Source: Heteronotia binoei
Taxonomy: Eukaryota
DNA: 64,000 nt
Assembly: GCF_032191835.1 (NCBI RefSeq)
Contig: NC_083228.1
Span: 27,094,001-27,158,000 of the forward strand
Reading direction: 5' to 3'
A program made the position numbers and the translations under genes. Position 1 is the stretch's first letter. Each line of letters begins with the position of its first letter. Below, piece by piece: positions 1-12,124 of this stretch. The notes under the pieces were generated by a model. It searched no databases. It was given only the letters and a program-made list of their open reading frames with translations, and was not told the DNA's origin.

Positions 1-480
1 GTCCCTCAACCCTGTCCTTAGTAGACCAGTTAGAAGTGATTAATGTCAGTGCAACAAAACTGACCTGCTCATTCTGAAACTGGTTTTGTACAGTGGTTTT
101 GTACAGTGTGCACCAGATGCATTCAATTTTATCAGCAAAGAAAGTTGCAGAAGCATCATGGCAGGCATTAAATTTCTCTGGATAGGAAGTGATTGAGTTC
201 ACCAGCTCACCACAAGAAATAACTCTGCCAGACAACAGGTTGCAGGTGCATTGTCAATCAAGACAGAATTTCTTTGCCAGTGACATAGTCTAGTCTTTAA
301 GAATGGTGTGTAGTGCAGCTGCTTGTATTGCAGTTATCTCCTTCCCATCTTTATTGATGACCTCTGATGAGCAGCTAGTCAGAGAATTTTCGCTATAATG
401 GAAGTCAGCCTGCTGCTCCACAAATCAAGAAGACCATAAAGGAAAGTATTTAGCTCTGTAGGGCATTTCTTCAGAATGTT
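1..480 (-). mobile_element. Highly decayed L2-type LINE ORF2 fragment (post-endonuclease linker)
   Basis: Minus-strand frames give AELFLVV and ATFFADKIECI, resembling the L2 PAELFRVV...FFADKI region; many frameshifts. Confidence 0.35.
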
Positions 481-524
481 GTGAAATCTGTTGGGCCTCC
501 ATAAAAGTCTAGATCTCATTTAGG

Positions 525-577
525 GCTTCAGCAGCACATATACTGAAATTGAATGATACAGATCCTGTGCAAAGGAT
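525..577 (+). pseudogene. U6 snRNA pseudogene fragment with internal deletion
   Basis: gcttcagcagcacatatactgaaattgaatgatacaga matches U6 GCTTCGGCAGCACATATACTAAAATTGGAACGATACAGA at 35/39; followed directly by tcctgtgcaaaggat (U6 CCCTGCGCAAGGAT). Confidence 0.85.
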
Positions 578-738
578 CAAGGGCCATGGAGGGCTTTGTA
601 TGTGACCTTGATAGGGGACAAAATTGGTCTTTGATTATAAGGTGGTAAAGTGAGCAAGTGTTGGTCATGAAGCTCTTCTCTGTGCTTTGCAAATGCTAAA
701 CATTTAGTGTATTGTTAGGAATCGGATAAAGGTAGTAA

Positions 739-984
<246 letters not shown>

Positions 985-1034
985 TGAATGATGCATATGA
1001 GATTATTTAAAGTTCATTCTGCCATCAGTTTGAA

Positions 1035-1207
1035 GATAGATTTTAAATCCAGTGGCACCTTTAAGACCAACAAAAGCTTATTCAAGGTATGAACTTTCAT
1101 GTGCTCAAGCACCTTTCTTGAATAAACTTTTGTTGGTCTTAAAGGCGCCACTGGACTCAAAATCTGTTCTACTGCTTCAGATCAACATGGCTGCCCACCA
1201 GGATCTA
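1035..1207. mobile_element. Penelope-like element remnant (inverted terminal structure)
   Basis: Inverted arms ccagtggcacctttaagaccaacaaaag / cttttgttggtcttaaaggcgccactgg, the reptile Penelope-type terminal sequence as I recall it. Confidence 0.65.
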
Positions 1208-2281
1208 GTTTAAAGATAGCACAGCCTGTACGTTCCATCCTCAATAAATAGCAGTGGGACTGTTATTGAATAGTGTGAATGGAGTTGTTAATGCCCTTAA
1301 TTTCACTGGGAGCACAATTAGACCATTGGTGAATAACGTCATGCCCTGTACATTAGGGTGCTTTGGGGGACCCACATGTTTGTTACTCTGAGACCTGCGA
1401 GGAAAGGATCACAGCTAACACCTTTTATTTCAGTTTATAGGTAGATCTATAAACTGAAGTAAAACTGGCTTGGATGTAGGGACACCTTTCTTATTTACTT
1501 CAGGCGGCTTTCCAGTCTGCTGTTCTGTAGTATAAAAGGAGTATTGTGCGTTTAAAAAAGCTTCTGGATTGGCAAGAAGTTTGAACAGCTCTGGGGGAAT
1601 AAAGGAAATGGTCAAACAGAGGTAAGACTTGTGCTAGGAAAAGCCATTATGTAAATTCAGACACATAAAAAGGCAATGCATTTAATATTTAACTTGCATG
1701 CTTAGATAGCTCACGTGAAATGTCAGAGTCAGGACATAATTATTGCTGTCACAGGGGCCCATTAATTTATTACTCCCCAGTTAGGAAAGCAAAGCCCAGG
1801 CAGAGCAGAACAAGATTCTCTCATAGCTTGTGTGCCAGAACCTTGTATTCCTACTTGGCACACAATAATACTTTATTTAATAGTTTGATTTTTAAAAATA
1901 CTTCCTTATTAATGAAGAGAGCCCTTTGATTCTAGAGTGATGCTGCACTCCAGATTGGGACAGAACCAATCAGCATAATGTTTGACATTTTCAGGTTACA
2001 GCAAAGCAAGTCAGTAGGCAGAGCCAGGTCTCGAGGAGCCGGGTATGAGAAGTGAAGAGAAGAGGGATTTATTGACATAGCTCAGTGTCAAAGGATATAT
2101 TGGCACAATGTCTGGAAGGAAGCCTGGATTTAGAATCAAAGAGCAAACTCCAAAATATGTTAATTGCCCTAATATACATTTTGGTCTGATGGAGGTTTGA
2201 CTAGCTAAAATATCTGTTCATACAATTGGAACTACTGAAATATATATTATAAATTTTTCTACACAACCTGTTTATGTACAC

Positions 2282-2333
2282 GATCTCTCTCTCGGCTTGA
2301 CTTCGCGAACGAAGATTTAAGAAAGGTGCAGTA
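2282..2333 (-). mobile_element. ~50-bp 3' stub of an RTE-type LINE with (GA)n tail
   Basis: CpG-rich ctctctctcggcttgacttcgcgaacgaagatttaagaaaggtgcagta between gtacac direct repeats (2276-2281, 2334-2339). Confidence 0.5.
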
Positions 2334-2480
2334 GTACACAATATGCATGCATATAACACTGTTTTGCCTTATATTTAAACTATTATGAATGAATTTCTGT
2401 ATATCATCCTTGTTAGATACTCTACCCATGTATTGGCACCTTAAATATGTTTTATAACATAGTTTTGCATGCATCTGGAA

Positions 2481-2570
2481 CTGTGTAATCCTAACCCGTT
2501 ACACACCCTTCTAAGTCTATTGAAGTCAATGAGTTTATAGAGGGGTGTAGTTCTGCTTAGGGCTGCACTG
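2481..2570. mobile_element. Short palindromic non-autonomous DNA transposon (Chompy/Harbinger-like hairpin)
   Basis: Imperfect ~90-bp inverted repeat centred on ctattgaagtcaatgag; related hairpins recur near 1260-1350, 18070-18120 and 48110-48180. Confidence 0.5.
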
Positions 2571-3044
2571 CAAAATATTGTACAATTGTTGTATTGCATG
2601 TTCTGCCTTCATGCAGATATCCTATCATGTGTATTTTCAAATATAAGGTTGTTATTAGCACTCTCTGTCTGTCCAAATTTTCCATTCTCCAAAACTGGCT
2701 TACTTTGAATGAGTGATGTTAAAGTGGCAGGAGAAGTCTGCTGCTTTTAGGCTCTGGAAAAGAAATCATTTCATTGCCAAAAAATCAGAATCCAACAAAT
2801 GAGCTCTATCTCTTCAAGAAATGTGAAAACAAAATGTTCTGAGAGTATTTTATAGATGTTAACATACTGTTCCTATTGCTATGCTGTTAGGAGTGGGGGA
2901 GAGAGAGAGAACACAAGAGAAATGATAAATGTACATATTCAAAGTCACTTCTCTTTCATTATCATGCAAAATTTAAGAATTTTGTATGCTTTTACTGGAT
3001 TAATGGTAAGTTTTAAAAGAACTGTTTTTGAACCTGTTTTGCAG

Positions 3045-3119
3045 TTCATGTACATCTTGGGCATTTGTCTGCTGATTGAATTAATTGGTGGAGTTATAGC
3101 CTTGCTCTTCAGAAATCAG
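3045..3119 (+). CDS. TSPAN15: Tetraspanin-15, coding exon 3 (FMYILGICLLIELIGGVIALLFRNQ), TM3
   Basis: ttttgcag acceptor, CAG|GTAATA donor; 75 nt, in frame with neighbouring exons. Confidence 0.97.
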
Positions 3120-4241
3120 GTAATACAATTAAAATGTTAAAAAGAGCATTTAAACTAAAATCTTACTCCATTTAGTCTGACCTATCTGTACCTATTATGT
3201 ATCTTTTAAATTGTTAGCCACATTGCTGGCCCCTGGTAAGGCCAGGCAAGGACTCGTGACCTATCTGTTTGAAAATGATTTGCAAAACTAAAGTTAAGAT
3301 GATTGATTATGGCACAATTACTGATCGTGCCAGTGGTAAGAGTTAATTGTAATTATGGCTACATTACCTCTGCTCTTGAAAAACAGTTGGTACTTCGGGA
3401 ATGTGTATTTTGTGCAAGAAAAGCTGGATTTTGCAAACTTTCTGCATGATGCCAATTTGTGTAATTTGTCACTTTGCCTAACTTATTTTGCAGTTCTCAC
3501 TGTTCTCCCAAGCTATATGGACAGGTGAAGCCCAGCAAAAGCTGCTAAAATCTTCCTCAGCTAAGTGTTGGCTTTTGGGGTTTCAGCAGACATTGCCTGT
3601 GCACTTCCAGGCATGAGGCTGTAGCCATTTAAGCTGGAATCATTTCCTTTAAAAAAAGGGAAGATCCTAGAGAAGTTAGATTCTGCATCTAGGATGTAAG
3701 GTTCCCCCTCCCCCCACATTTTCATGGAATTGAAGGATAAGTATAGCAATTTAACTGTGGCTGCATGTCTCACAATACATAATTATGTATTCTGGAAAAT
3801 GATCTCACTGTTAAATATATTACCATCCTTATAGAAACCCTGAATCAATGCCTGGAGGCAGTGTTGGAGCTGACTGGTTAGCTGTAGCTTTTCCTGGATA
3901 GAAAAGATCTAGCCTCTGTGGTGCATGCCATAGTTCTATCTAGATTAGACTACTGCAATGAGTGTGTTGGGCTGTCCTTGAAAAGTGTTTGGAAACTTCA
4001 CTTAGCACAGAATACTTCAGCCAGGATGTTGGCTGGAGTGTGTCACAGGGACAATATAACTCCAGTCTTGGCCCACCTACACTGGCTCCCAGTTTGTTTA
4101 TGGGCACAATTCAAGGTGCTGGTCCTGAACTTTCAAAGCCCTATGTGGTTTGGGACCAAAGTACCATCTGATCCCTTTGAACTTAGCCCACCATTATGGT
4201 CATCTTTGGAGACCTGCTTTTGAGATTAGGTGGGTAGCAAC

Positions 4242-4434
4242 CAATGTTCCCTCTAAACTGCAGTCTTGTGAGCAAAAGTTATACTTTGTGAGCTACTGGC
4301 AGTAAAGTTGTGAGCTACTGCATAAATTAGTGTGCTCTGGGGTCATCCTTCCTGAGCTAAGACAAAAATGTGTGAGCTGGAGGTTAAAAATCTGTGCGCT
4401 AGCTCATGCTAACTCAGCTTAGAGGGGAACACTG
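4242..4434. mobile_element. hAT-type MITE inserted in L2
   Basis: TIRs caatgttccctctaa / ttagaggggaacactg; 8-bp TSD gtagcaac/gtggcaac. Confidence 0.85.
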
Positions 4435-4715
4435 GTGGCAACTGGGAGAGGGTTTTCTTGGTTGTGGCACCAAAACTCTAGAACTCTCTTCCCAGGGAGA
4501 TTTGTCAGTCCCCTTCTGTTGCCATCTTCAACTAGTGAGTGAAGACTTTTTGTTTTGTTTGGCATTTCTTCAATGATTCCTCCATCCTAACCAATGTTTT
4601 GTATGTATTTTATTATGCTTTAAACTCTTTAAAAAGATCTTTAAAAGTGTTAAAAACATATGAAACGGTTAAAATACATACAAAACATTGGTTAGGAATG
4701 AGGTATGTTTGGGGG

Positions 4716-4870
4716 CAGGACCAGATCTACATGTTTTTTTAGGGGGGATTTTAAAATGACGCCCCCTTATGGGCTCATAGAATAGAATGGACTCCATCCC
4801 CAATTTGCCACCCCCCTCCAGCGGTGCCTGGGGCAAACTCCCCCTCTGCCCCCTCCTAGATCTCGCCCTG
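4716..4870. mobile_element. hAT-type MITE inserted in the L2 3' UTR
   Basis: TIRs caggaccagatctac / ctagatctcgccctg; TSD tttggggg/tttgggag. Confidence 0.7.
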
Positions 4871-6375
4871 TTTGGGAGGGGGCTATTTCAATGGTTTTAT
4901 GTAATTGTATTATGTATCTTTTAAATTGTTAGCCACATTGCTGGCCCCTGGTAAGGCCAGAAAGGCAAGATATAAATGTTGTAAATAAAAATAAATACGG
5001 ACCCCCGTAGGGCAGAAACTACCCCTCCCAAGCTGTCAAGTCAGGAAAACGGTGCAGCAGATGGGACATTGAAACCTCTTTCCCCCATCATGTGATCTTG
5101 AGTCCAATTGGAGCCACACCACACCACACCACACTTGGGAACTGAGTTCCCAGCTACATGATGTGTGGTTGATGGTGTGAGACTTGGATTGGGGGACCCC
5201 CAAGTCCAGCTCTCAAAAAAATCAGACCCTAGTCCACATAGCCCAGGGCTGTCTTATTTGTATCAGTCTATTCATATTTCTAGTCCATACTTCTTCCAGG
5301 GAAATCTGAATATTTAGCATGGCTGCCCATTCTTCCATTTTAACCCCACAACAGCCCATGAGGGTAGGTCAGGCTGAAAAAAAGTGACTGGCCTTAGGTC
5401 ACCCACTGAGTCTCTAAGCATTTTTCTACTTGTCCCTTCAGAGTAAAGAACTGGGAGACACTGCCCAAGTTTAGAAATGATATTCACATAATTGCATGTG
5501 GTGGTGTTACAGCAGCTGGGCCATGAGACTGTATGAAGTTATTTCCACCTCCACCCTATATGGTTATTTCCACCAAGAATCTCATCTTACAGCTGGGCTT
5601 CGGGCCATTCTGTCTGAAAATTCTGGGTGGCCATTTTCTGACGTTACCAGAAGTATGAAGTGTCCCCGGAATGTTGCAATATGAGTTGGCCTGCTAAGCC
5701 TGTTTTTCCCCAAAAGTAGCCATGCAGTGCCCCTGATCTGCAAAAAGCTTGTCCACTCCGAATACTGAACGGCTTGTTTATATTGAAGTGAATAACAGAT
5801 CTGTCAAGGGAAAAGCTTTGTCCTTTTTCACATAATAAATTGTTGTTGGCTTGTAATTACTAATCTGTTCTGCTGGATCGAAGCACCTTTTTTAACATAC
5901 TGCTCTCCCCACCATTTAAACTGCAGTGCTTGATCTTTGTGAAAGAGGTCGTTGCACGAATGGAGACAAATTTCTGCTCATGTGTTTAGGAACTGTGGAG
6001 GTGTAGTTGTGGTGTTGTGATGGTAATATTGTATAGGATTTTCTGCTTTTTAAAAGAAAAAATAAAGACCATTGTGTGCTGGATGTAGGGACAGCACAGT
6101 CAAAGAAATAAACTTGTTTTGAAAGAAATAACGAAGCAAAATGTTCATGAAAAGATTTCTGCAGGGTGGAGGAAAAGTCTTTCCTTGTGCCTGCCACTTA
6201 AGAGGGAGATCAGCACAGAAAGGTAACGTTGGGGTGCGCGTGCATGTGCTCTTCTAAATCAGTAAATATAAAGAAATAATATTTTTCAAAAGGTTGCAAA
6301 ATGTGCATGGGAGCATGCACTAGTTACTACAGTAATCCCTAGTGTAGTCATAGTTATTATAAAAATGCCTGCTAA

Positions 6376-6567
<192 letters not shown>

Positions 6568-6687
6568 TGAATTTTCTGTACCGTAACTGGTCTTTCTTCC
6601 TACTACTGAGTGTGTGTGTGTGTAGTCTGAATAGGTGCACAGGATTCCATTAGCAGAATAACAGAATTGTAGGGTTGGAAGGGTACT

Positions 6688-6897
6688 GACCTTGATAGCC
6701 CAGATTAGCTTGCTCTCATCAGACCTTAGAAGCTAAGCAGAGTCAGTCCTGGTTAGTATTTGGATGGGAGACCCCCAGGAAATACCACAGTTCCTCTCCA
6801 AAGGCTGATAATGGCAAATTCATTCTACATGTCTCTTGCCTTGAAAACTCAAGGGGTTGCCATAAGTTGGCTGCAACATGACAGCAAAAAAAAAAAG
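6688..6897 (+). mobile_element. 5S rRNA-derived SINE (SINE3)
   Basis: 5S-like head (gaagctaagcagagtcagtcctggttagtatttggatgggagacc), unrelated body, RTE-like tail and A-run. Confidence 0.85.
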
Positions 6898-7020
6898 AGG
6901 TTGAAATGCACCTTGAGGTAATTCGTGTAATGCATTGACAAGATTCTTGATTCTTCACACCCAAACACTCCAGTAATTTAGCACAGTTATGATATGTAAT
7001 CAAATGTATGTATATACAAG

Positions 7021-7191
7021 TAGGGGTGGAATTCTAGTAGGAGCTCCTTTGTATATTAGGCCACACAACCCTGATGAAGCCAATCCTCCAAGAGCTTACA
7101 AGGCTCTCTTTTGAAAGCTCTTGGAGGATTGGCTACATCAGGGGTGTGTGGCCTAATATGCAAAGGAGCTCCTGCTAGAATTCCACCCCTG
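7021..7191. mobile_element. hAT-type MITE
   Basis: TIRs taggggtggaattct / agaattccacccctg; perfect 8-bp TSD tatacaag; internal direct/inverted ttgcatattaggccacac repeats. Confidence 0.9.
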
Positions 7192-7949
7192 TATACAAGT
7201 ATTAACCCTCTTTTTCCCTCTCTCCTAGCAGTTTCCTATATAGCCCACAAAAGTTAAAACAGGAAATGTCTGGTTTTATTTTTCCCCCAAGATGAATGAA
7301 ATTTCTCATTCTTGCAGTTGTAAGAACTTTGCAAATAAAATGTTCGTTAATGTTGGTTGGTAGAACCATTATAACTTGGAATTTTAAGCAGAGCATGAGT
7401 TCATTCACACCCTTTCCATGGATGAGTTACAGGCTCTTCACTGCTGTTTCTCCCAGTGAGCTACTGGGGATAGAAATTCCTCCTCGGAATATGCTATTTC
7501 GTGTTCTCTTGCTGCTGCTGTAGCATCTGAATTGTCCTTATCTTGGAAGAAATTGCTTCTCAGAGCATTATTCTGCCCCAGCTCCTGAACTCTTTTTCAG
7601 AGAGGCAAAAGCCTTTCAGTGGGGGTTTCCTATTCCAAAGTATCTGGGTGATATGGTAGGACTGGCCATGCTGCCTCTTTTATGTATCCATCTCTCAAAA
7701 GGGAATATAAGTTTGGAGGATGGGATCTGCAGAGCTTCCAGGAGTTTGGATGGCCCAGGACTACCACTGGGCTGTGGGGGCATCCAGGGCTTAAAACTGG
7801 GCTGTCTACTTGCTAGTTTAGTATCAGTATGCTGGTGCTGGATTTTCCCAGAAACTCAGACTTCTTTCCTGCTGTGGCATTTCCTGGTTCAATTTCTTCC
7901 TTGAATGAGGTTTAGTTTGCTACAATTAACTTTTTTTTTAATGGTGCTT

Positions 7950-8166
7950 TGTGTGTGTGTGTATGTATACCTGGAAGTCATGGTTGACTTCTGGCAATCC
8001 CTAATGGAGCTTGGGGATTCAGAGATATGGCTTGCAATTGCCTGCCTCTGCATTCCAGCCCTGGTATTCCTGGGAGGTCTCCCATCCAAGTACTTGGCCA
8101 GGGTCAGCCCTGCTTAGCTTCCAAGACCTGATGAGTTCAGGCTTGCCTGGGCTAGCCAGGTCAGGG
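7950..8166 (-). mobile_element. 5S rRNA-derived SINE (SINE3)
   Basis: Reverse complement contains ggaagctaagcagggctgaccctggccaagtacttggatgggagacc...ggaatacc (5S boxes A/IE/C); (CA)n tail. Confidence 0.85.
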
Positions 8167-8702
8167 TGGCATATTACAGATGTTTAAACAGTATTTGTTT
8201 CATAGCCATCAAAGAGGAGGTCTCATTATGACATAGTTTGCTTATACAAATTAAGCCAGTAAGGAATTTGTTGAAACTTGAAATCCATGCTGAAGGAAAT
8301 ATGTCATTATAACGTGAACGTTGCTTTGAACTGCAGCTGAGTTTTACTTAATTGGCATGGCTGAAATATTTGCTGGGTTATTCTTGCCTTTAGATGTGTT
8401 AGATGAAATGGAAAAAGTTGCATATTTGTTAAAGTAGAGAAAGGAGAGCACTTGTGTAGGTATGAATGAAAACTCCTAGCATACTAAAATCGGAGTTGAC
8501 TGGTGGTAAATATGTATTTAATAAGGCACATAAGTTTGGTTGAACACAAGCACAAAGTTTTGTATTCCTGAGTCCTGTAAACATTATTCCAGTTGTTTAC
8601 AGAAGTATTTGACTGAGATTTTTCTGTTTTCCTTTTATAAGAAGTCACTTTAGTTGGTAATGCCACAGTTAAAACCCTTTTATACCAGTCCATCATGGTG
8701 GT

Positions 8703-8910
8703 TAGAGTTGCCAACCTCCAGGTGGTACCTGGAGATCTCCTACTATTGCAGTCTGTCTCCAGACAACCAAGATCAGTTCCCCTGGAGAAAATGGTGACTT
8801 CGGAGGGCAGGCTTTATGGCGTTATTCCTTAACCCCAAACCCCACCCTATCCTCAGGACTCACCTCCAAAATCTCCAGGAATTTACCAACCGAGAGCAGA
8901 CCTCTCTATT
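8703..8910. mobile_element. hAT (Blackjack-like, TAGGGTTGCCA TIR) MITE
   Basis: Begins tagagttgccaacctccagg; same family recurs several times in the window. Confidence 0.7.
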
Positions 8911-9994
8911 GGTGATGGCTGGTTTGACTTCTGTTGCTTAGGAGAGTGAATTGAGCACAATTCCGTCTCCTGAGCAAGCTCCACTGAAATGAATGGAAGA
9001 TGAAGTGTATAAGAAGAATATGGCTGTACTTTTCAGTGTGATTTGCACAGCAGAATTTCCTGGTGGATTCTGACCTTTATCAGGTAGCTTAAAAATGGCA
9101 GCCACCTTTTTTTTTAAAAAAGAAAAGAGACATACAAAAAGTGTGTGTGTGTGTGTGGGGAATATACTTTTAAATTTTTACCAGCTCATTACTTTCTCAG
9201 TCTTCCATTTGTAGTGTGTATACTCAAGGATTCAGAGTTCTTGTAAGTTATGGTTTATCCCTTGTTTGAATTTATGTCAAGTAGATGTTTAGTTAATTGG
9301 TTTCTCGGATCAAGTCCTTTTCCCCCTGACGATTAAAGTAATGTTAACTTGCATTAAGTGCAGTCTATTGCTCGTTTATTCCAGAGTGGTTTTGATTAAA
9401 ATCTCAAGTATCTCAACTGTGTAGTGAGTAGCCACAGCTGAAGGAATTTAAATGAAGTGAATAGACATAATACAAGTTTGTTTTATTGTGAAGTGTTGTA
9501 AATATCTCATTAAAATCCTGACATGTTTTGAGGTTGAGCTTCAAGAATGTGGGCCTTGGCTATTCTCAGCTCTTAACTTCAATTCTTTCCCCTGTAGAAG
9601 ACGACACTCACTAAACACACTGGGATTTTAACATGGTGTTTCTTCCAGGAAACTTCATGATATTTTAACACAATTTCACTTCAGTGATTTTGGGGAGGGG
9701 TCTTTAGATTGATTGGTGATGTTCTTTCAATTGCAAATCAATTAGCTTTCAATTTAATTTTTCCTTGTTGACATCCTTTTGCATATGAAAACACCGTTCT
9801 CCTTACATAATAATCCAGAGAGCTGATAAAGACCGGAATGGGTTTGGCAGTTGAATCACGGCTCATCTAGTGGCAGGCTTTTAGTTACAGGCCTGTTACC
9901 TTCTGGCTGAATTTATTTCATAGGCTGTGAAAGGATAAAATCTGATACCATTGCTGATTTTAACTTATCCAGCTGGTGATGTTCAAGAACACTC

Positions 9995-10135
9995 ACATCC
10001 TTCTACATCTAGTTTCGAGTCCAGGAGCACCTTAGAAACCAACAAGATTTTGGAGGTATGAGCTTTTGAGAGTCAACACTCCCAATCTCTTGGTCTCTAA
10101 GGTCCTACTGGGCTCAAATCCAGCTTTTCTATGGC
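9995..10135. mobile_element. Penelope-like element remnant (inverted terminal structure)
   Basis: gagtccaggagcaccttagaaaccaacaagatt vs aatctcttggtctctaaggtcctactgggctc inverted arms. Confidence 0.55.
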
Positions 10136-10168
10136 TATCCTCTGAAACAAGCTCCTGACATGTTTGTG

Positions 10169-10445
10169 GAAGAAGATGATATTGGATTTATATCCTGCCT
10201 TTCACTCAGTCTCAGAGTGGTCACAATCTACTTTTACCTTCCTCCCCCACAACCACAACAAACACCCTGTGAGGTAGGTGGAGCTGAGAGAGCTCTGACA
10301 GAAGCTGCCCTTTCAAGGACAACTCCGGCGAGACCTATGGCTGACCCAAGGTCACTCCAGCAGCTGCAAGTGGAGAATGAGGAATCAAACCTGATTTTCC
10401 CAGATAAGAGTCCATGCAGTTAGCCACTGCACCAAACTGGCTCTC
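10169..10445 (-). mobile_element. tRNA-derived SINE, Squam3 (gecko Squam3C-like)
   Basis: Reverse complement starts GAGAGCCAGTTTGGTGCAGTGG (box A), GGTTTGATTCC (box B), and ends ggatataaatccaatatcatcttcttc. Confidence 0.85.
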
Positions 10446-10901
10446 AGGTGGATGCTCTCTTTATGTTCAGACATAGACAGCAACTAACACACATGCATAT
10501 CTTCACATCATTAACTTTCTCCTCCATGGTTGGTTGCTTTGTTTGACATGGTACCCAGCAGCAGTATGATGGGATTCACCACTTCTGGTGTGCATCTTTG
10601 TTCCTTCTACAAAGCCCATGCATGTACACAGTTTCCAGTTCTGGAATTCTCTCTAGCAACAGATTCACGAGGCATCTACATTTAAATTTTGTTCATTTGC
10701 TAAGTGAAAACATCTCTGTTTTTCAGAGAATTTTATGGATTTATTCATTTTTTGTTATTGGAATTTTTCATTTGGTACTGAGTGCTCCTATGGCAGATTG
10801 TTTTTATCTATTACTTGTTTTTAATGATTTTTTTTAAAATGGTAAATCACTTTAATAATCTGAACTTTTATTTTCTTTCTGATATCATTAAGACTTAATA
10901 A

Positions 10902-11168
<267 letters not shown>

Positions 11169-11339
11169 TAGTCTCTGATGATCTGTCTCTGATGAGGATG
11201 ATCTGTGCGTGGAAATACAAATTCTTCACACAGATTGCAAGAAAAATCCAGGAAATCCAAGCTTTTTTATTGACTTAAAAAACAAACAAACCCTGATCAT
11301 ACAGAAAAGATCTTGGACCATGTATAAATATTTTTATAA

Positions 11340-11830
11340 TACAAATACTATTCGAAATCTTTCTCTTATATAAATTAATTTATTTGGGTTTTGTGTTCCA
11401 TTTCCTAAAATATTTAAGCAGTGTATGCGTTTTTTCCCCCAACTAGAGATTTTTGTGGGGGACAAATTAATTTGAATGTAAGTTAAATTTCTTCTAACCC
11501 ATTTATGAAATAAAGACTGATATTTCTGATGAATTGTGAATAAACAATGTAACAATGGCTTTCCAAAAAAACATGCATCTTGTCGTAAATTCCTATTGCT
11601 TCTATAGGGTAAACATCCACCAGCATGTGAGATTAATGAAAAATACAAAATTTACATTCAGATTTTGGGAATGAAGAGAGAGACAAATAATATATTGTGG
11701 GATGAAATTATTTTTATAAACTCTGAGGAAAATTTGCAAAACCTTAATTATCAAAGAGAACCAGTAAAGTTTTAAAAATGGTGTTTGGCTTTTTTAAATT
11801 ATAAAAGAGCACTGTTTATATACGACATTC
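11340..11830 (+). mobile_element. Possible heavily decayed L1 ORF2 C-terminal fragment
   Basis: A-rich; broken frames loosely resemble the Y-PPA...CW-C...YKFWGK C-terminus of reptile L1. Confidence 0.3.
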
Positions 11831-12124
11831 TTTAAACAACAGTCCTTGAAATCTTGCAGTACTGTCTCATTATAGTAATTTGTCTAGAGGATGCCTGCAC
11901 TAGCAGTCTTTGAAACTGAATCGAGCTGAATAAATCATTGCTGTTTTGACAAATGTTGCCAAAAGCAGCTTGGAAAAGTAGAGATGTGAGCTGCAATTAG
12001 TCATTTACTCTGTGGTCATGGAAAAAACAGGTAATGTATGATGGCCATTTACCTTTGAGCAAGTTCTATAAAATACATCAGAACCAGATACTGGTCTCTG
12101 CTCTTTCAGAGTAAATCTGCAGGA

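Larger units (their letters stand above)
3840..4997 (+). mobile_element. 5'-truncated L2 LINE, interrupted by two hAT MITEs
   Basis: Peptide VHAIVLSRLDYCN...HRDNITPVLAHLHWLPV (L2 RT C-terminus); 3' tail ending gatataaatgttgtaaataaaaataaata. Confidence 0.85.

Noticed and set aside
1430-1621. 61-aa minus-strand ORF, and a possible + strand cryptic exon (1434 or 1441 to 1621, AG|GTAAGA donor)
   Set aside because: No recognisable protein similarity; the exon lengths (188/181 nt) shift the frame and the 1434 version hits an early stop. No supporting evidence.
6688-6790. Possible 5S rRNA genes (also ~8060-8166 and ~30600-30700)
   Set aside because: Too diverged, no T-run terminator, and they continue into a SINE body and tail.
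10390-10445. tRNA-like A/B boxes (also 36750-36809 and 44135-44175)
   Set aside because: These are SINE heads; no complete cloverleaf.
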